DNA of 64,000 bases, from IMG/VR virus record IMGVR_UViG_3300007352_000001, positions 124,001-188,000 of that record; one strand, given 5' to 3'. The position numbers and the translations under genes are program-made. Positions 63,024 to 64,000 of this stretch are shown one piece after another. The notes beneath the pieces were generated by a model that was not told where the DNA came from, ran no database searches, and saw only the letters and a list, made by a program, of their open reading frames with translations. The first letter of the stretch is position 1. Every line of letters starts with the position of its first letter.

Positions 63024-63994
63024 TCGGCTCGGTCATACTCGAAGGATTCCAGGGACACATCAGCAGTCACCTGGAGTTCAGCCCAGGCGTCAACGTCGTT
63101 GTGGGTGAAGGCGACGTCGGCAAGACGGCGGTGATGCGCGCAGTGCGTTGGGCGTTGGAGAACCGCCCAGCGGGGGACGGCTTTGTCTACCGCGGTTCGA
63201 GGAAGAAGCTCCCTTGTCGGGTGACGATCAAGACAGCGCGTGGCGACACCATCATCCGTGAGCGCAAGCCGAAGAACCGCTACGTGGTGAACGAGACCGA
63301 GTTCACGACTGTCGGTCGCACCGTGCCCGACGAGGTACGTGCCGTTCTCGATCTCCAACCGATCAACGTGCAAGGCCAGTTGATCGGACAGTACTTCCTC
63401 GTGCTTGACAGCCCTGGGGAGATCTCACGCTACCTGAGTGACCTCTACCACTTCGATGCGGCGACCGTGGCGAGCCAGCAGCTGAAGGAAGGTGCCCACC
63501 GCGCGACTCGGCAACAGCAGGATCTCGTCACCAAGCAGCACCAGCTGACGCAAACGCTCACGGCGTACGAGCCGCTCAGCGAGCTGGAGGCACCGATTGA
63601 ACTGGCCGAGCAGTCGATCGCGGAGGTCGAAGAGGCGAAGCAACAGCAAGTGCGCTTGCAGACCTTGCTCAATCAGTTGGACACTGCTGAGCAGGACGCG
63701 GCGGTTGCCGCGCGCCTCGCGCAGCAGGACACGTCTCGCTTGACGCAGTACGCCACCTTGCTCGACTCCACGCTCACGCGACGCACGCAACTGGCCGAGC
63801 AGCTACAGCGGTTGCAACGCAGCCGACAACAGGCTGCGACGCAGACAACAGCCGTCGAGCAGGCGTCGCGCAACGTCACCGAGGCCGTGATGAAGTACGA
63901 AGAGATTCTACGCCGCACTGCCACGTGTCCGACGTGCCTGCGGCCGATGTCGGAAGACGTCGTCTCGCACATGGTGCACGAGGTAGCAGCGTGA
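63020..63994 (+). CDS. Rad50/SbcC/gp46-like ATPase, N-terminal half only
   Basis: L.GFQ.H...L.F..G.N...G....GKT...RA..W, Q.Q, coiled coil ending at CPTC zinc hook. Confidence 0.85.
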   Translation: MIGSVILEGFQGHISSHLEFSPGVNVVVGEGDVGKTAVMRAVRWALENRPAGDGFVYRGSRKKLPCRVTIKTARGDTIIRERKPKNRYVVNETEFTTVGRTVPDEVRAVLDLQPINVQGQLIGQYFLVLDSPGEISRYLSDLYHFDAATVASQQLKEGAHRATRQQQDLVTKQHQLTQTLTAYEPLSELEAPIELAEQSIAEVEEAKQQQVRLQTLLNQLDTAEQDAAVAARLAQQDTSRLTQYATLLDSTLTRRTQLAEQLQRLQRSRQQAATQTTAVEQASRNVTEAVMKYEEILRRTATCPTCLRPMSEDVVSHMVHEVAA

Positions 63995-64000
63995 AGCCCG

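Noticed and set aside
1-64000. Alternative genetic code or prophage integration
   Set aside because: Long conserved genes are intact under code 11 with TAG, TGA and TAA all used as stops; no suppressor tRNA, integrase or att site seen

Overview
The window reads as a 64-kb segment of a large, high-GC, tailed dsDNA phage genome, not a bacterial chromosome. It has a T4-like core (gp20-type portal, large terminase, gp32-like SSB, DnaB/gp41 helicase, primase, RecA/UvsX, UvsY-like, UvsW-like, Rad50/gp46-like, 5' flap nuclease) combined with a UDG-fused family A DNA polymerase, a DNA ligase and 7 tRNA or tRNA-like genes. A large host-rescue/counter-defence block at about 31-45 kb carries two PspA paralogs, YqiJ/flotillin, RtcB, Nampt plus NMNAT-Nudix and dCMP deaminase. 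No integrase or CRISPR array was seen. The most interesting signals are: (1) a nuclease-dead TnpB/Cas12f-like protein immediately preceded by a highly structured ~180-nt element ending in a CRISPR-repeat-like GGAGTGAAAC, a candidate RNA-guided DNA-binding system; (2) a ~30-bp motif present six times with sigma54 -24/-12 geometry, placed directly before genes and often giving near-leaderless starts; (3) several unexplained structured non-coding elements; (4) a gene frameshifted by one extra GAACC repeat unit. All family assignments come from motif recognition by eye, with no database searches.
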